Shown: positions 34,343 to 44,397, counted from the first letter of the stretch. The stretch: 44,397 bases of DNA from Bdellovibrionota bacterium FG-1 (GCA_051382295.1 JBBCAW010000067.1:1-44397), one strand, 5' to 3'. Notes: a model not told the origin generated them from the sequence alone. Translations and numbers: made by a program.

Positions 34343-35611
34343 GTGTTCTTTATGACAGACAATAATGGCATTCAAAAAGTCTTGTTGATCGAGGATGACG
34401 AGATGGCCAGGGGCGCCCTGAATAAAATCCTGGTCAAAGAGGGGTTCCAAATGCTCACCGCCGTGGACGGTCAAGCGGGATTGGACCTGTTTGACCAGGA
34501 GCGGCCTGGCATCGTGATCACGGATCTGAGGATGCCCAAGATCGACGGCATGGAAGTCTTGCGCCGGATTAGGCTGAAATCCCGGGACACCCAAGTGATT
34601 GTCATCACCGGTCATGGCGATTACGATTTAGCGATCAAGGCCTTGAGTGCGGGCGCCACGGATTATCTCAAAAAACCCATCGATATAGGCGAATTATTGA
34701 CAGCCGTCGGGCGGTGCAAGGAAGTGCTCGTCGGAGCCAACCCTGCACTGAAGCAACCCGTGGTGCTGGTGATTGAGGATGACGCTACTGCAAGGGGTTA
34801 TCTCGAGAAAGCCATGGTCAAAGAAGGTTGGACCGTCCTGGTGGCGGCGGACGGTCAAGAAGGACTGGACCTCTTTCATCGCGAAAAGGTGGACATCGTC
34901 CTCACTGACGTCAAGATGCCAAAAAAAGGCGGCCTAGATGTGCTGCGGGACATTAAGGCCAATTCCAACAACGATTGCGAAGTGATCTTGATGACCGGTT
35001 ATGGGGATGAAACGAGCGCTATCGAAGCGATGAGAAATGGCGCCATTAATTATATCCGAAAGCCCCTCGATCTAGACGTGGCCTTGATTGCCGTTACCAA
35101 AGCTTTCGAAAAACTGCAGTTGAGTCGGGGCTATCGCTTTAAAGTGCGGGAGCTGGAACTCGCCAAGCAGGTGATCGCGAGGGTCACGCCAGAGGGCTTA
35201 TCGTTTTCTATCGGCAACCAGGTGGCCGGCGAGTCTCTCAGTTATTTATCTCAATTATTGGATGTCTTGCCGATCGGTTTGATGGTGGTCGATAAAAATT
35301 TGAAGGTTTTTTACTCGAACAAGTTTGTGCGCGATGCGCTCGGTGCACATCTGGAAGCCTTTGATTCAAAATTAATTGAGCAAATCATCGGCACGAAATC
35401 GCAAGTGGAAAACGCCACGGGAGTGGTCGAGCAGGTTCGCGAACTTTTTGGCAAGAAAGGTGAAATCAAGTCCATTCCTTTGAGTCCGCGCACCAGTCTT
35501 GTTGCCTCTATGGCGAGAGTATCGATGGGCGGCGCGGATACGCCGGAACTCATGACCGTGACCTTTATGGGACTGACGCATCCATCTGGGGGGGGGGGCT
35601 CGGATGAGTGA
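34343..35611 (+). CDS. Double-receiver protein with a C-terminal PAS-like domain
   Basis: Two canonical REC domains (IEDD/ITDLRMP/TG/KP and IEDD/LTDVKMP/TG/KP), then LLDVLPIGLMVVD....VFYSN. Confidence 0.9.
   Translation: MFFMTDNNGIQKVLLIEDDEMARGALNKILVKEGFQMLTAVDGQAGLDLFDQERPGIVITDLRMPKIDGMEVLRRIRLKSRDTQVIVITGHGDYDLAIKALSAGATDYLKKPIDIGELLTAVGRCKEVLVGANPALKQPVVLVIEDDATARGYLEKAMVKEGWTVLVAADGQEGLDLFHREKVDIVLTDVKMPKKGGLDVLRDIKANSNNDCEVILMTGYGDETSAIEAMRNGAINYIRKPLDLDVALIAVTKAFEKLQLSRGYRFKVRELELAKQVIARVTPEGLSFSIGNQVAGESLSYLSQLLDVLPIGLMVVDKNLKVFYSNKFVRDALGAHLEAFDSKLIEQIIGTKSQVENATGVVEQVRELFGKKGEIKSIPLSPRTSLVASMARVSMGGADTPELMTVTFMGLTHPSGGGGSDE
35588..35598 (+). repeat. G11 homopolymer tract at a gene junction
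   Basis: tct-GGGGGGGGGGG-ctcggATG. Confidence 0.85.
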
Positions 35612-37217
35612 GACGATACTCGTCGTCGATGACGACCAGATGATTTTGCAATATCTGGAGCAGGAGTTAAAAAGAAATTTCTTTAACACAATTTGTGTAG
35701 GCACCGGCAAGGAGGCGTTGCTGCGGGTGCATGAGGCGGATGTCGTGTTTTTGGATATTGGGCTGCCCGATATGGATGGATTTGAGGTCCTCGCGCAAAT
35801 CAAGGCGGCGCACGGCTCGGATGCCGAGGCGATCGTTATTACCGGTCACGGTAATCAGGAAGTCGCCATTCGCGCGCTCCGGATGGGGGCGATTGATTAT
35901 ATCGAAAAACCGATTCAGCTCGATGACCTTCGTGCCGCTTTAGGCCGAGCCCAGGAGATGCTGGCAAAAAAACGCAATCTCATCGGCAAGGACACGGTTT
36001 TGGTGATCGACGACGAAAAAATCGTGGCCGATAAATTAGGAAAGCTGCTGGAAAAAGAAGGTTACCAGGTTTTTTGTAGTTACGATGGTCTGCAGGCCAT
36101 CGACTTCATTCAAAAGAATAAAGTCGACGTCGTGGTTTCGGATATTAACATGAAGGGCATGGACGGAATCGCAGTGTTGACGCAGGCGAAGAAACTTTTT
36201 CAAGATATCGAATTCATCATGATGACGGGCGACAGTGGCCAGGAGATCGCCGTCAAGTGCCTGCGCGCGGGGGCCATGGAATATTTGACTAAGCCAGTGG
36301 ATGTGGATGAGCTGCTGTGGTCGGTGCAAAAAGCGGTTGAGAAGATCAAACTGTCCCGCAATTCATTATACCGCAACCGGGAACTAAAGCTCTCCGGCGA
36401 AATCGTGGCTAAAATGAACCAGGAGCAGGAGCGGATCATTCAGGAAAGAAGCGCCGCCCTGACCCAGACGCAGGCTCAGCTGGTTCACACTTCAAAACTC
36501 GCGACTCTGGGCGAGATGAGCGCCGGGATGGCGCACGAGCTGAATCAACCGTTGGGGGGTATCTCGCTCGTGGCGCAGACGATGCGAAAACTCAAAGATA
36601 GGAATGCCCTCACCGACGAAGAATTAGAAAACTCGATCCGAGATATAGAGACCTCCGTCAAGCGGATTTCCAAGATCATCCAGCATGTTCGGACGTTTGC
36701 CAGGCAGGAAGTCCTCAAATTTACCTTGCTTGAGGTGAATACCACGATCGAGTCCGCGTTCATGCTCCTCGGCGAACAGCTTAAACTTCGGGAAATCGCG
36801 GTCGTTACCGGTTTTGGCGTGGATCTGCCAAAAATCGAGGGCGAACCTTATCAGCTTGAACAGGTTTGGATTAACTTAATCTCCAATTCGAGAGACGCCA
36901 TGGACTCGATGGCAGAGGAGTGTAAGATCAGTCAGCAAGAATACCACAAGAAGCTCTCGATCTCCACGAGGGTGGAGGGTGAACAACTCCTGATTGAGGT
37001 ATCGGACAATGGGATCGGTATGTCTGAAGCGCAGAAAGCGAAAATCTTTGAGCCGTTTTTTACCACGAAACCGCCAGGCAGGGGCATGGGTCTTGGAATG
37101 TCGATCACTTATGGAATTTTAGAATCCCATAAAGCGACCATTCAAGTCCAAAGTTGTGAAAAAAAGGGAACGACCATTACGGTTAGCCTGTGTATTCCGC
37201 AAAGGAAAGATATATGA
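35604..37217 (+). CDS. Hybrid kinase REC-REC-HisKA-HATPase
   Basis: Two REC domains; H-box [26 protein letters not shown]. Confidence 0.93.
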   Translation: MSETILVVDDDQMILQYLEQELKRNFFNTICVGTGKEALLRVHEADVVFLDIGLPDMDGFEVLAQIKAAHGSDAEAIVITGHGNQEVAIRALRMGAIDYIEKPIQLDDLRAALGRAQEMLAKKRNLIGKDTVLVIDDEKIVADKLGKLLEKEGYQVFCSYDGLQAIDFIQKNKVDVVVSDINMKGMDGIAVLTQAKKLFQDIEFIMMTGDSGQEIAVKCLRAGAMEYLTKPVDVDELLWSVQKAVEKIKLSRNSLYRNRELKLSGEIVAKMNQEQERIIQERSAALTQTQAQLVHTSKLATLGEMSAGMAHELNQPLGGISLVAQTMRKLKDRNALTDEELENSIRDIETSVKRISKIIQHVRTFARQEVLKFTLLEVNTTIESAFMLLGEQLKLREIAVVTGFGVDLPKIEGEPYQLEQVWINLISNSRDAMDSMAEECKISQQEYHKKLSISTRVEGEQLLIEVSDNGIGMSEAQKAKIFEPFFTTKPPGRGMGLGMSITYGILESHKATIQVQSCEKKGTTITVSLCIPQRKDI

Positions 37218-38347
37218 AACCTACCAAAATCATCCTGATCGATGACGAGGAGCTCCTGCGCCAAAGGTTGGCCAAGCTTTTTACCTTGGATGGCTATGAG
37301 GTCATTCAGGCCAAAAATGGTACGGAGGGCCTCAAGCTCTTTGAACAGGTTTCGCCGGCGGCGGTGGTGTCGGATATTAAGATGCCCGGGATGGATGGAA
37401 TCGAGGTCCTTCAAAAAATTAAGGAGAAGTCCCCTTCCACGGCGGTTATTTTGGTGACCGGTCACGGGGATATGGAGTTGGCGATTAAGGCGCTGCGCAT
37501 GGGGGCCTTCGACTACATCACTAAACCGATCGCGTATGAGGAGTTGGCCATATCGGTGAAGCGGGCATTGGATGCCCAAGCAAACGAGAATGAGCGGAAG
37601 CAGTTGCAACAGCAAGTTTTTCAATCGGCGAAGCTCGCGTCGGTCGGCACCTTGGCCGCCGGTATCGCGCATGAGTTGAACAACCCGTTGGCTGTGGTCG
37701 TGGCCTATGCTGAGCAGCTCGTGGATATGTTGAAAAACCCCGAGGATGCTAAAAATACCGAAGAAATGATCGCGCACTTGGGCATGATTTCCAAGTCCTC
37801 CATCCGGATGCAGACGATCGTCAAACATATGCTCACGTTTTCCAGAAAATCCGAGTCCTCCGATTGGCGCGAGCTGAATGTTAATGATGGAATCAAGAGT
37901 TCATATTTATTTCTTCAAAGAAGTTTTGAAAAACTCGGTGTTACCGTGGCTTTTTCCTTAGCGGACGTCTTGCCTCCTATTTGGGGCGACATGGGCCAGC
38001 TTGAAAGTGTCTTTACTAATCTCATGGGCAATAGCCGTGACGCGTTCGAAACGCTCAAGGACAAGCGGGAAATGCGTGTTTCAGTGGCGTCGTCCGTTCG
38101 GCAGGATGCTCAAGGCGGCAGTGTCGTGATTGTTTATGAGGACAACGCGGGCGGAATGAGCGCCGAAACCACCCAAAAGATGTTTGATCCCTTCTTTACA
38201 ACCAAGGATGTCGGCAAAGGGACCGGTCTCGGCATGTCCGTGACGTTAGGGATCGTCGAGGCGCATAAAGGGACCATCACAGTCACCAGCGAATTAGGTA
38301 AGGGAACACAATTCACGTTAACCTTCCCGGTTTATCAACCCAAGTGA
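37214..38347 (+). CDS. Hybrid kinase REC-HisKA-HATPase
   Basis: REC (IDDE, SDIKMP, TGHG, KP); H-box GIAHELNNP; ATGA overlap supports a start at 37214. Confidence 0.93.
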   Translation: MKPTKIILIDDEELLRQRLAKLFTLDGYEVIQAKNGTEGLKLFEQVSPAAVVSDIKMPGMDGIEVLQKIKEKSPSTAVILVTGHGDMELAIKALRMGAFDYITKPIAYEELAISVKRALDAQANENERKQLQQQVFQSAKLASVGTLAAGIAHELNNPLAVVVAYAEQLVDMLKNPEDAKNTEEMIAHLGMISKSSIRMQTIVKHMLTFSRKSESSDWRELNVNDGIKSSYLFLQRSFEKLGVTVAFSLADVLPPIWGDMGQLESVFTNLMGNSRDAFETLKDKREMRVSVASSVRQDAQGGSVVIVYEDNAGGMSAETTQKMFDPFFTTKDVGKGTGLGMSVTLGIVEAHKGTITVTSELGKGTQFTLTFPVYQPK

Positions 38348-38365
38348 GACGGAGTAGGGGGGCAA

Positions 38366-39997
38366 GTGAGTAAAACTGAAAATCAGAATCAGCAAGAAAA
38401 TATCCGCGAGATTTTGGGTCAACTGTCGCACATGGAATTATGCGGAATTTCGAGTTCTGTCGTTGACAAGCTTAATTCAGTCGCACGAGGCTTGGAAGCC
38501 CAAGCCCAAGCCCAAGCCCAAGCCCAAGCCCAAGCCCTGATTGAGCAAGCGTGTGATGGTATTCTGGTTCTGGATATAGAAGGTAAAGTTATCTCTGTGA
38601 ATGAATCATTCGCCAATATGCATGGGTTTACGGTTGATGAAATTATCCATAGTGGATTGCAAGGGATTGACGTCGATATCATCCCGAGCGTCATGACCGA
38701 TCGAATGAGTCGGCTCATGGCCGGGGAGATGCTAACGTTTGAGGTACGGCACTATAAAAAAGATGGCAGCATCTTTCCTCTTTCGGTGACCAGCAACCTT
38801 GTCGTGTCCGACAATAAAAGAATGGTGATGGCGCTTCATCGTGACCTCACACAGCAGAAGGCTGTGGAGGCCGAGCTACGGCTTCATAGTGCGATTCTTA
38901 TGAATATGGCCGAGGGAGTGTACCTCATTCGGACGAGTGATGGCGTGATTGTTTTTTCCAACGCACTTTTTGACCAGATGTTTGGCTATGCGCCAGGCGA
39001 ACTCCGGGGCAAGCATGTGAGTATCGTGAATGCACCTGGAGCCCAGGATGCAAAAGAGGTCGCAGAAAATATTATAAAGCATCTTGCCCAAGAAGGATCA
39101 TGGAGTGGTGAGGTGCATAGTATTAAGAAAGACGGGACCCCTTTTTGGTCTTCCGCAAAGGTTTCGACATTCGATCATATCGAATATGGCAAGGTCTGAA
39201 TTTCGATGCATCAGGATATTACCCAACGTAAAGAATCAGAAGCGCTGATTGAGAAGCAAAAAGTTACTTTGGCAGAGACACAAGGACAACTTTTCCAATC
39301 CTCCAAGTTGTCCTTGCTGGGCGAAATGGCCGCTGGCATGGCCCACGAGATGAATCAGCCGATGTCTGGCATTACGCTGGCAGTACAAATGATTAAAAAG
39401 CTCAAGGAAAAAAATCTTTTGAACGACGGAGAACTGGAGAGCGCCCTCCAGGATATCCTTGCCTCTGTAAAACGATGTACCAAAGTGATTCGCCATGTTC
39501 GCGCATTTTCGAGGCAGGAGCGTTCTCTTTATAGTCCAGTCAACGTCAACGAGACGATTGAATCTGCCCTTATGTTGATGGGGGAGCAACTTAGACTTCG
39601 TGGCATTGAGATCATGAAGGATTTGACCGAGGGTCTTTCTCCAGTCATGGGGGATTCCTTTCAACTCGAACAGGTTTGGATTAACGCTATTACCAACGCC
39701 AGGGATGCGCTCGATGAGATGGGAAATAAATACTCCAAGAAGCTCTCGATCCGTTCGAAGTTCGATGGTGAGTCTGTGCTCGTCGAAATTTCCGACAATG
39801 GTATTGGTATGTCTGAAGAGGTGAGGAAGAAGGTTTTTGAGCCGTTCTTTACCACCAAGCCGGTAGGTCAAGGGACAGGCTTGGGGATGTCGATCATTCA
39901 CGGAATTCTGCAAGCGCATCAAGCAGAAATAGAAGTTAAAAGCGAAATGAAAAAGGGGTCGACGATTTCCGTCAAGTTGTGGATACAGCGGAAATGA
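38366..39997 (+). pseudogene. PAS-PAS histidine kinase split by one in-frame TGA (39197-39199)
   Basis: Reads ...EYGKV*ISMHQDITQRK... in a single frame, with the stop inside the PAC strand of PAS2. The downstream part has H-box GMAHEMNQP and an intact HATPase. Confidence 0.85.
38496..38537 (+). repeat. (AAGCCC)7 microsatellite encoding a poly-AQ linker
   Basis: Seven exact hexamers; protein LEAQAQAQAQAQAQAL. Confidence 0.9.
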
Positions 39998-41709
39998 ACG
40001 GTTGTAAAGTATTAGTGATTGATGATGAGCAGCTGGTGCGGGACGGGTTGGGAAAGCTTCTTGTTCTGGATGGCTATGACGTGGCCACTGCGGAAAATGG
40101 CCTTTCTGGTTTGGAGTGCTTTGATCGATTCGCTCCGTGTGTGGTGATCAGCGATATCAAAATGCCGCAAATGGACGGACTTGAGGTGCTTAGTAAAATC
40201 CAGGAAAAATCCCCAGGAACATGCGTGATTCTGATGACGGGACATGGGGACACGGATCTGGCGATTCAGGCATTGCAGCTGGGGGCTTTTGACTATTTTA
40301 GTAAGCCGGTCGACTATGAGACGTTACTGCTAGCGATCCGTCGAAAACAGAACGGGGAGGCGGCGGCTCGGGACCGACGAAGGTTGCGAATGCAGGCTTT
40401 TCAGTTTGAAAAGTTGGCTTCTATCGGTGCGCTCGCCAAGAAGATTGAACAGCTCCTTCCTTTGAAGAATATTGCGACTTGTCTCAGCGAACTCGCCCAA
40501 GCAGTCGGCTTGATGCAGGCGGAGATCAAAGAGCTATTGATCGAAATGGTGCCTAAAGCCTTGATCAGCCCAAGTCAGGAGCTGAGGGTCAGTGACGCTA
40601 AAATTCTGGTGGTTGATGATGAGCCGGAAATTCGGGATTTGTTGGCCGAGGCGATCTCAGACAAGGGTCACGAGGTTCGGACAGCCGTAGACGGTGAGGA
40701 TGGTTTGCGGGTTTATGAGCAATTTGGGCCGGATCTAGTGATCTCGGATCTTGATATGCCCAAGTTGATGGGGCTAGATATGGTCAGAGCAATCAGGGGC
40801 CGGGAAGGAAAGACTCAGGCTGACGACAAAAGCCCGCCCGATGTGATTTTTTTGACCGGCTATGGAGACCCCCAATCAATCGTCAATGCTCTTCGGCTGG
40901 GGGGTTGTGATTTTGTCTATAAACCGATGGATTTTGCCAAGTTCCAGGTGTGTATTGAGCGCGTCTTGCAGAGACGGGCTGTGCGGGAGTGTTTGAAAGC
41001 TCAAAGTTCTGAGTCGGCGAGACATGCATCTATGGGTACCTGGGCTGCGGGTATGGTGCGCGAGTTGGGCGATCCGCTGGCTGTTGTCATGGCTCATATC
41101 GAACGAGTGCGGACGGTGCGCCCACAGGGCGATGAAATGATAGAATGCCTTGGCGTGGTGGCCAAGATTTTTGGTCGCATCCATCGGGTGGTTCAGCAGC
41201 TGTTGACCTGCGCCAACCCATCCGAGTATGCGGTTTTGCGGGACATGGATATCAATGAAGTGATCCGCAGTTCGTTCAAAAAACTCGATTTTTTACCTTC
41301 TTTTGTGCTGGCCAGCGACTTGCCCCGCGTTCGGGTTGATTCAGGGCAACTGGAGAACGTCTTTGTGAATCTGATGAGTAATAGTCACGACGCATTTCGT
41401 ACGCTTTTGGATCCCCGCGAAAAACGGGTTACGATTTCATCGACCGTCCAGCTCCAGGGTCAAGGGGGTGGCCACGTGGTGATTGTTTACGAGGACAACG
41501 CGGGCGGAATGAACGCCGAAACAGTGCAAAAGATTTGTGATCCCTTCTTTACGACCAAGGAGGTCGGCACGCATACCGGTCTCGGCATGTCCGTGGCCTT
41601 AGGTATTGTAGAATCACACAAAGGGACGATTGCGATTGAAAGCGAGCTGGGTAAGGGGTCTCGGTTTACGTTGACTTTTCCCGTTGAGCAGCGCTCGGGG
41701 GGTGGTTGA
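39994..41709 (+). CDS. REC-REC hybrid pseudokinase (H-box His replaced by Arg)
   Basis: Two REC domains; H-box reads GMVRELGDP instead of GIAHELNNP; HATPase boxes retained. Confidence 0.85.
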   Translation: MNGCKVLVIDDEQLVRDGLGKLLVLDGYDVATAENGLSGLECFDRFAPCVVISDIKMPQMDGLEVLSKIQEKSPGTCVILMTGHGDTDLAIQALQLGAFDYFSKPVDYETLLLAIRRKQNGEAAARDRRRLRMQAFQFEKLASIGALAKKIEQLLPLKNIATCLSELAQAVGLMQAEIKELLIEMVPKALISPSQELRVSDAKILVVDDEPEIRDLLAEAISDKGHEVRTAVDGEDGLRVYEQFGPDLVISDLDMPKLMGLDMVRAIRGREGKTQADDKSPPDVIFLTGYGDPQSIVNALRLGGCDFVYKPMDFAKFQVCIERVLQRRAVRECLKAQSSESARHASMGTWAAGMVRELGDPLAVVMAHIERVRTVRPQGDEMIECLGVVAKIFGRIHRVVQQLLTCANPSEYAVLRDMDINEVIRSSFKKLDFLPSFVLASDLPRVRVDSGQLENVFVNLMSNSHDAFRTLLDPREKRVTISSTVQLQGQGGGHVVIVYEDNAGGMNAETVQKICDPFFTTKEVGTHTGLGMSVALGIVESHKGTIAIESELGKGSRFTLTFPVEQRSGGG

Positions 41710-43260
41710 ATGAAATTTCGGACGAGATTATTGATTCTATTTTTGAGTATGACTCTGCCGTTTTTTGTCACGATGGGCGTGGTTTATTGGCAAACCACCC
41801 AAGTCTTGGCATTTAAAGCAGCCGCTGCACGATCCGAACTGAACTTGCTTTATCTGACCCGATTTCGATCCAAGGTGCGAGACCGCTTTCTCGTGACTTA
41901 CGATGTCTTACTTAATTTTGACCCCCATGACTCATTTCAGAAGCTTAAAATTGCGGAAAGTGAAATTAGCCACGATGTCGTCAAATTGAGGGTTTTCTAC
42001 GGAGAAAATCCGGTTGCCATCACCGCGAGGCAGGAACTTGTAGAAAGTCCTGCCAAGCCTTCGATCATCGCCTATGGCGAGGTCGATCGCGAGTTGGATC
42101 AAGTTTATGAATACTTGAAAAGCGGGGACTTGATTCATGCAAAAAAAATTCTAGCGACGGCAAAAAAGGATAAATTTTATGGGCAATTTATCCCGACCAT
42201 CACTGAGGCCATTACGGCATTAGAGTTGTCCAGTCAGAATAGTTCACGAGGCCTTGTCGTCAAGATCTCCATTATTAAATGGCTAGTGATGGCTTTGTTT
42301 TTGTTGGGATTCGTGCTTTCCGGATCGGTGGCCCTGGTGTTGTTCACGAATCTTGTAAAGCGGCTGAGAGCGCTAGAAAATGCGGCCCGGTTAGTCGGCG
42401 CTGGAAAGTTAGACGTCATTTTGAATGTAGAAGGGCATGATGAGCTGGCGAGCCTTGCGCAGACCTTTAATTTTATGGCCGCAAGCTTGAAAAGCGACAA
42501 GGCCAAGCTCGAAAATAAGTCCGCAGAACTTGTACAATCTCAGTTGCAGCTTTTTGAGACCGCGAAGTTGTCCACGCTTGGCGAGATGTCCGCTGGGATG
42601 GCCCACGAAATGAATCAGCCGATGTCGGGTATTACGCTGGCGGTGCAGATGATTAAGAAACTTAAGGAAAAAAATCTTTTGAGCGACCACGAACTTGAAA
42701 GTTCCCTTCAGAATATCCTCACCTCCGTTAAGCGCTGTACCAAGGTGATTCATCATGTTCGCGCCTTTGCCAGGCAGGAGAGTTTCGCGCACGGTCCGGT
42801 CGATGTCAACGAGACGGTTGAATCGGCGCTTATGCTGATGGGGGAGCAGCTCAGACTTCGTGGTATTGAGATCACGAAAGATTTGACTGAGGGCCTTTCT
42901 ACGGTCAAGGGGGATGCATTTCAATTGGAACAGGTTTGGATCAACGCCATGACCAACGCCAGGGATGCACTCGAGGAGATGGGAAGTGAATACCCCAAGA
43001 AGCTTTTGATCCGTTCGCAGGTCGACGGTGGGCAAGTGCTTGTCGAAATCTCTGATAACGGAATAGGGATGTCTGAAGAGATCCTGAAGAAAGTTTTTGA
43101 GCCATTCTTTACTACTAAGCCGGTAGGTCAAGGGACGGGCTTGGGGATGTCGATTGTTCACGGAATTATTCAATCGCATCAGGCAAAAATAGAAGTTAAA
43201 AGCGAAGTAAACAAAGGGACGACGATCTTCGTCAGGTTAGCTATTACGGGGGAAAAATAG
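41710..43260 (+). CDS. Membrane-bound sensor histidine kinase (TM-periplasmic-TM-HAMP-HisKA-HATPase)
   Basis: Two TM segments; HAMP DELASLAQTFNFMA; H-box GMAHEMNQP. Confidence 0.93.
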   Translation: MKFRTRLLILFLSMTLPFFVTMGVVYWQTTQVLAFKAAAARSELNLLYLTRFRSKVRDRFLVTYDVLLNFDPHDSFQKLKIAESEISHDVVKLRVFYGENPVAITARQELVESPAKPSIIAYGEVDRELDQVYEYLKSGDLIHAKKILATAKKDKFYGQFIPTITEAITALELSSQNSSRGLVVKISIIKWLVMALFLLGFVLSGSVALVLFTNLVKRLRALENAARLVGAGKLDVILNVEGHDELASLAQTFNFMAASLKSDKAKLENKSAELVQSQLQLFETAKLSTLGEMSAGMAHEMNQPMSGITLAVQMIKKLKEKNLLSDHELESSLQNILTSVKRCTKVIHHVRAFARQESFAHGPVDVNETVESALMLMGEQLRLRGIEITKDLTEGLSTVKGDAFQLEQVWINAMTNARDALEEMGSEYPKKLLIRSQVDGGQVLVEISDNGIGMSEEILKKVFEPFFTTKPVGQGTGLGMSIVHGIIQSHQAKIEVKSEVNKGTTIFVRLAITGEK

Positions 43261-43739
43261 TGAATCACACGGACATTTTGGCAAACGACGGCAATACCAA
43301 TGGGAGTGATGAAAAGAGGGCTCCTCAGGAGCCGCTTCAGTCCGAACCTCTCAAGACGCCGAGAAAAACAGGGGATCGTATCAGAGTTTTAGTCATCGAC
43401 GACGAAGAGCCCATCCGTACAGGTTTGATGAGGCTTTTGTCTCTGGATGGCTACGACGTAATGGGCGCGGAGCATGGCGCGCGGGGTATGGAGGTTTTCG
43501 CACAGACTTCTCCGGAGGTCGTGATTACAGATATTCGGATGCCGACCATGGACGGGATCGGAGTGCTGAAAGCAATCAAGGCAAAATCACCTGCAACGGT
43601 GGTCATCATGGTCACGGGCCATGGAGATAGCCGTACCTTTCGCGATGTTCTGGCCTTAGGGGCTTTTGACTACCACGAAAAGCCCGTGGGTTATGAGGCG
43701 CTGGTTTTATCGATCAAACGCGGACTTGGATTGGTATAA
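43260..43739 (+). CDS. Single-domain response regulator
   Basis: VIDDE, ITDIRMP, TGHG, KP; no output domain. Confidence 0.88.
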   Translation: MNHTDILANDGNTNGSDEKRAPQEPLQSEPLKTPRKTGDRIRVLVIDDEEPIRTGLMRLLSLDGYDVMGAEHGARGMEVFAQTSPEVVITDIRMPTMDGIGVLKAIKAKSPATVVIMVTGHGDSRTFRDVLALGAFDYHEKPVGYEALVLSIKRGLGLV

Positions 43740-43800
43740 GCGGGTCCCCCAGTTTTTGAGTGGTAATTATCAGTATGTGGTTATAGCATTTCGTTACATC

Positions 43801-44334
43801 ATGAAAAGTGAAGCAAGGAAACGGGTCTTAGTCGCGGGAAGCCTTCAAGCCGTTCGGAATTTGATTGAGGAGTCGTTGAGCCCTGAATTCGTGATTTTTT
43901 TTGCGGATGATGGTGCGAGTGCAGTCGAGACTACGAGGATCCAGCAACCTGATATCGTGCTCCTGAATTTAGACTTGCCACGGATGGGTGGCGTCGCCCT
44001 ATGTGAGAGCCTACGTATAAGTATGGGTATGTGCGTCGCGCCTATCCTTATCGTGTCGGAACGGGATGACTCGGCTAGCCGCACGCTCGCTTTCCAGGGA
44101 GGCGCGGACGACTACGTGGTAATCCCCTTTGCGGCGTCTGAACTCTTGGCTCGGGTGCGTGCGAAGGTGCGATCTACCCAGGCCAGGGTGCCCGAAAATT
44201 CCCTGAGTTGCGGGGATATCTCCCTTGATTTTGATCGGTTTGAGATTCAAGTGGCTGGTGTTACGAAGCGGATATGGATGGACCCGCCCTTCGTTGCAAG
44301 GAATTTTTTGAATCGTGATTTTCAAGTCATTTGA
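43801..44334 (+). pseudogene. OmpR/PhoB-like regulator with an atypical receiver and truncated DNA-binding domain
   Basis: Phosphoacceptor position reads LLNLDLP (D to N), the acidic pocket is lost, and KP becomes IP. The wHTH begins (CGDISLDFDRFEI) but the ORF ends before the recognition helix. Confidence 0.65.
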
Positions 44335-44397
44335 ATCGGATGCACCTATGGATCCGGCCTTTAGTTGAGTATTTGACTTCACTCTGGCCCTGATGGG

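Noticed and set aside
39197..39199. Genome-wide TGA recoding or selenocysteine
   Set aside because: Many intact genes here end in TGA, including ATGA overlaps. The position fits Trp in a PAC strand rather than a catalytic Cys.
1..44397. tRNA/rRNA genes, integrase or IS elements
   Set aside because: None were recognisable by eye, and intergenic spaces are short. A tRNAscan/Infernal/ISEScan run would be needed to exclude them formally.

Overview
A bacterial window whose main content is a partial magnetosome gene cluster (MGC) of the deep-branching, mad-gene type, at about 15.5-33 kb. It encodes a MamI-like membrane protein, FeoB, a DtxR-FeoA protein, a TauE (MamO-Cter-like) protein, a polyferredoxin (Mad9-like), HEAT-repeat and coiled-coil proteins in mad23-24-25-26 order, and a Mad28-like actin. 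Unusual additions are two more actin-fold proteins (one volactin-like, one ParM-like), a ParR-like small protein, a PilZ/MinD pair, a Ycf46-ClpB hybrid AAA+ protein and a double-receiver coiled-coil protein. Directly downstream and co-oriented is a two-component array of about 11 kb with 6 kinase cores and no intact DNA-binding output; the + strand run carries 11 receiver domains in total. The left 15 kb holds decayed toxin-antitoxin modules, two J-domain proteins, a neutral ceramidase, an Rrf2-regulated sulfur/Fe-S module with three copies of a shared operator motif, an MFS transporter and a TumE/TumA-like pair. Core mam genes (A, B, M, Q, E, P, canonical K) are not visible here. All family assignments come from motif recognition and synteny, without database searches.
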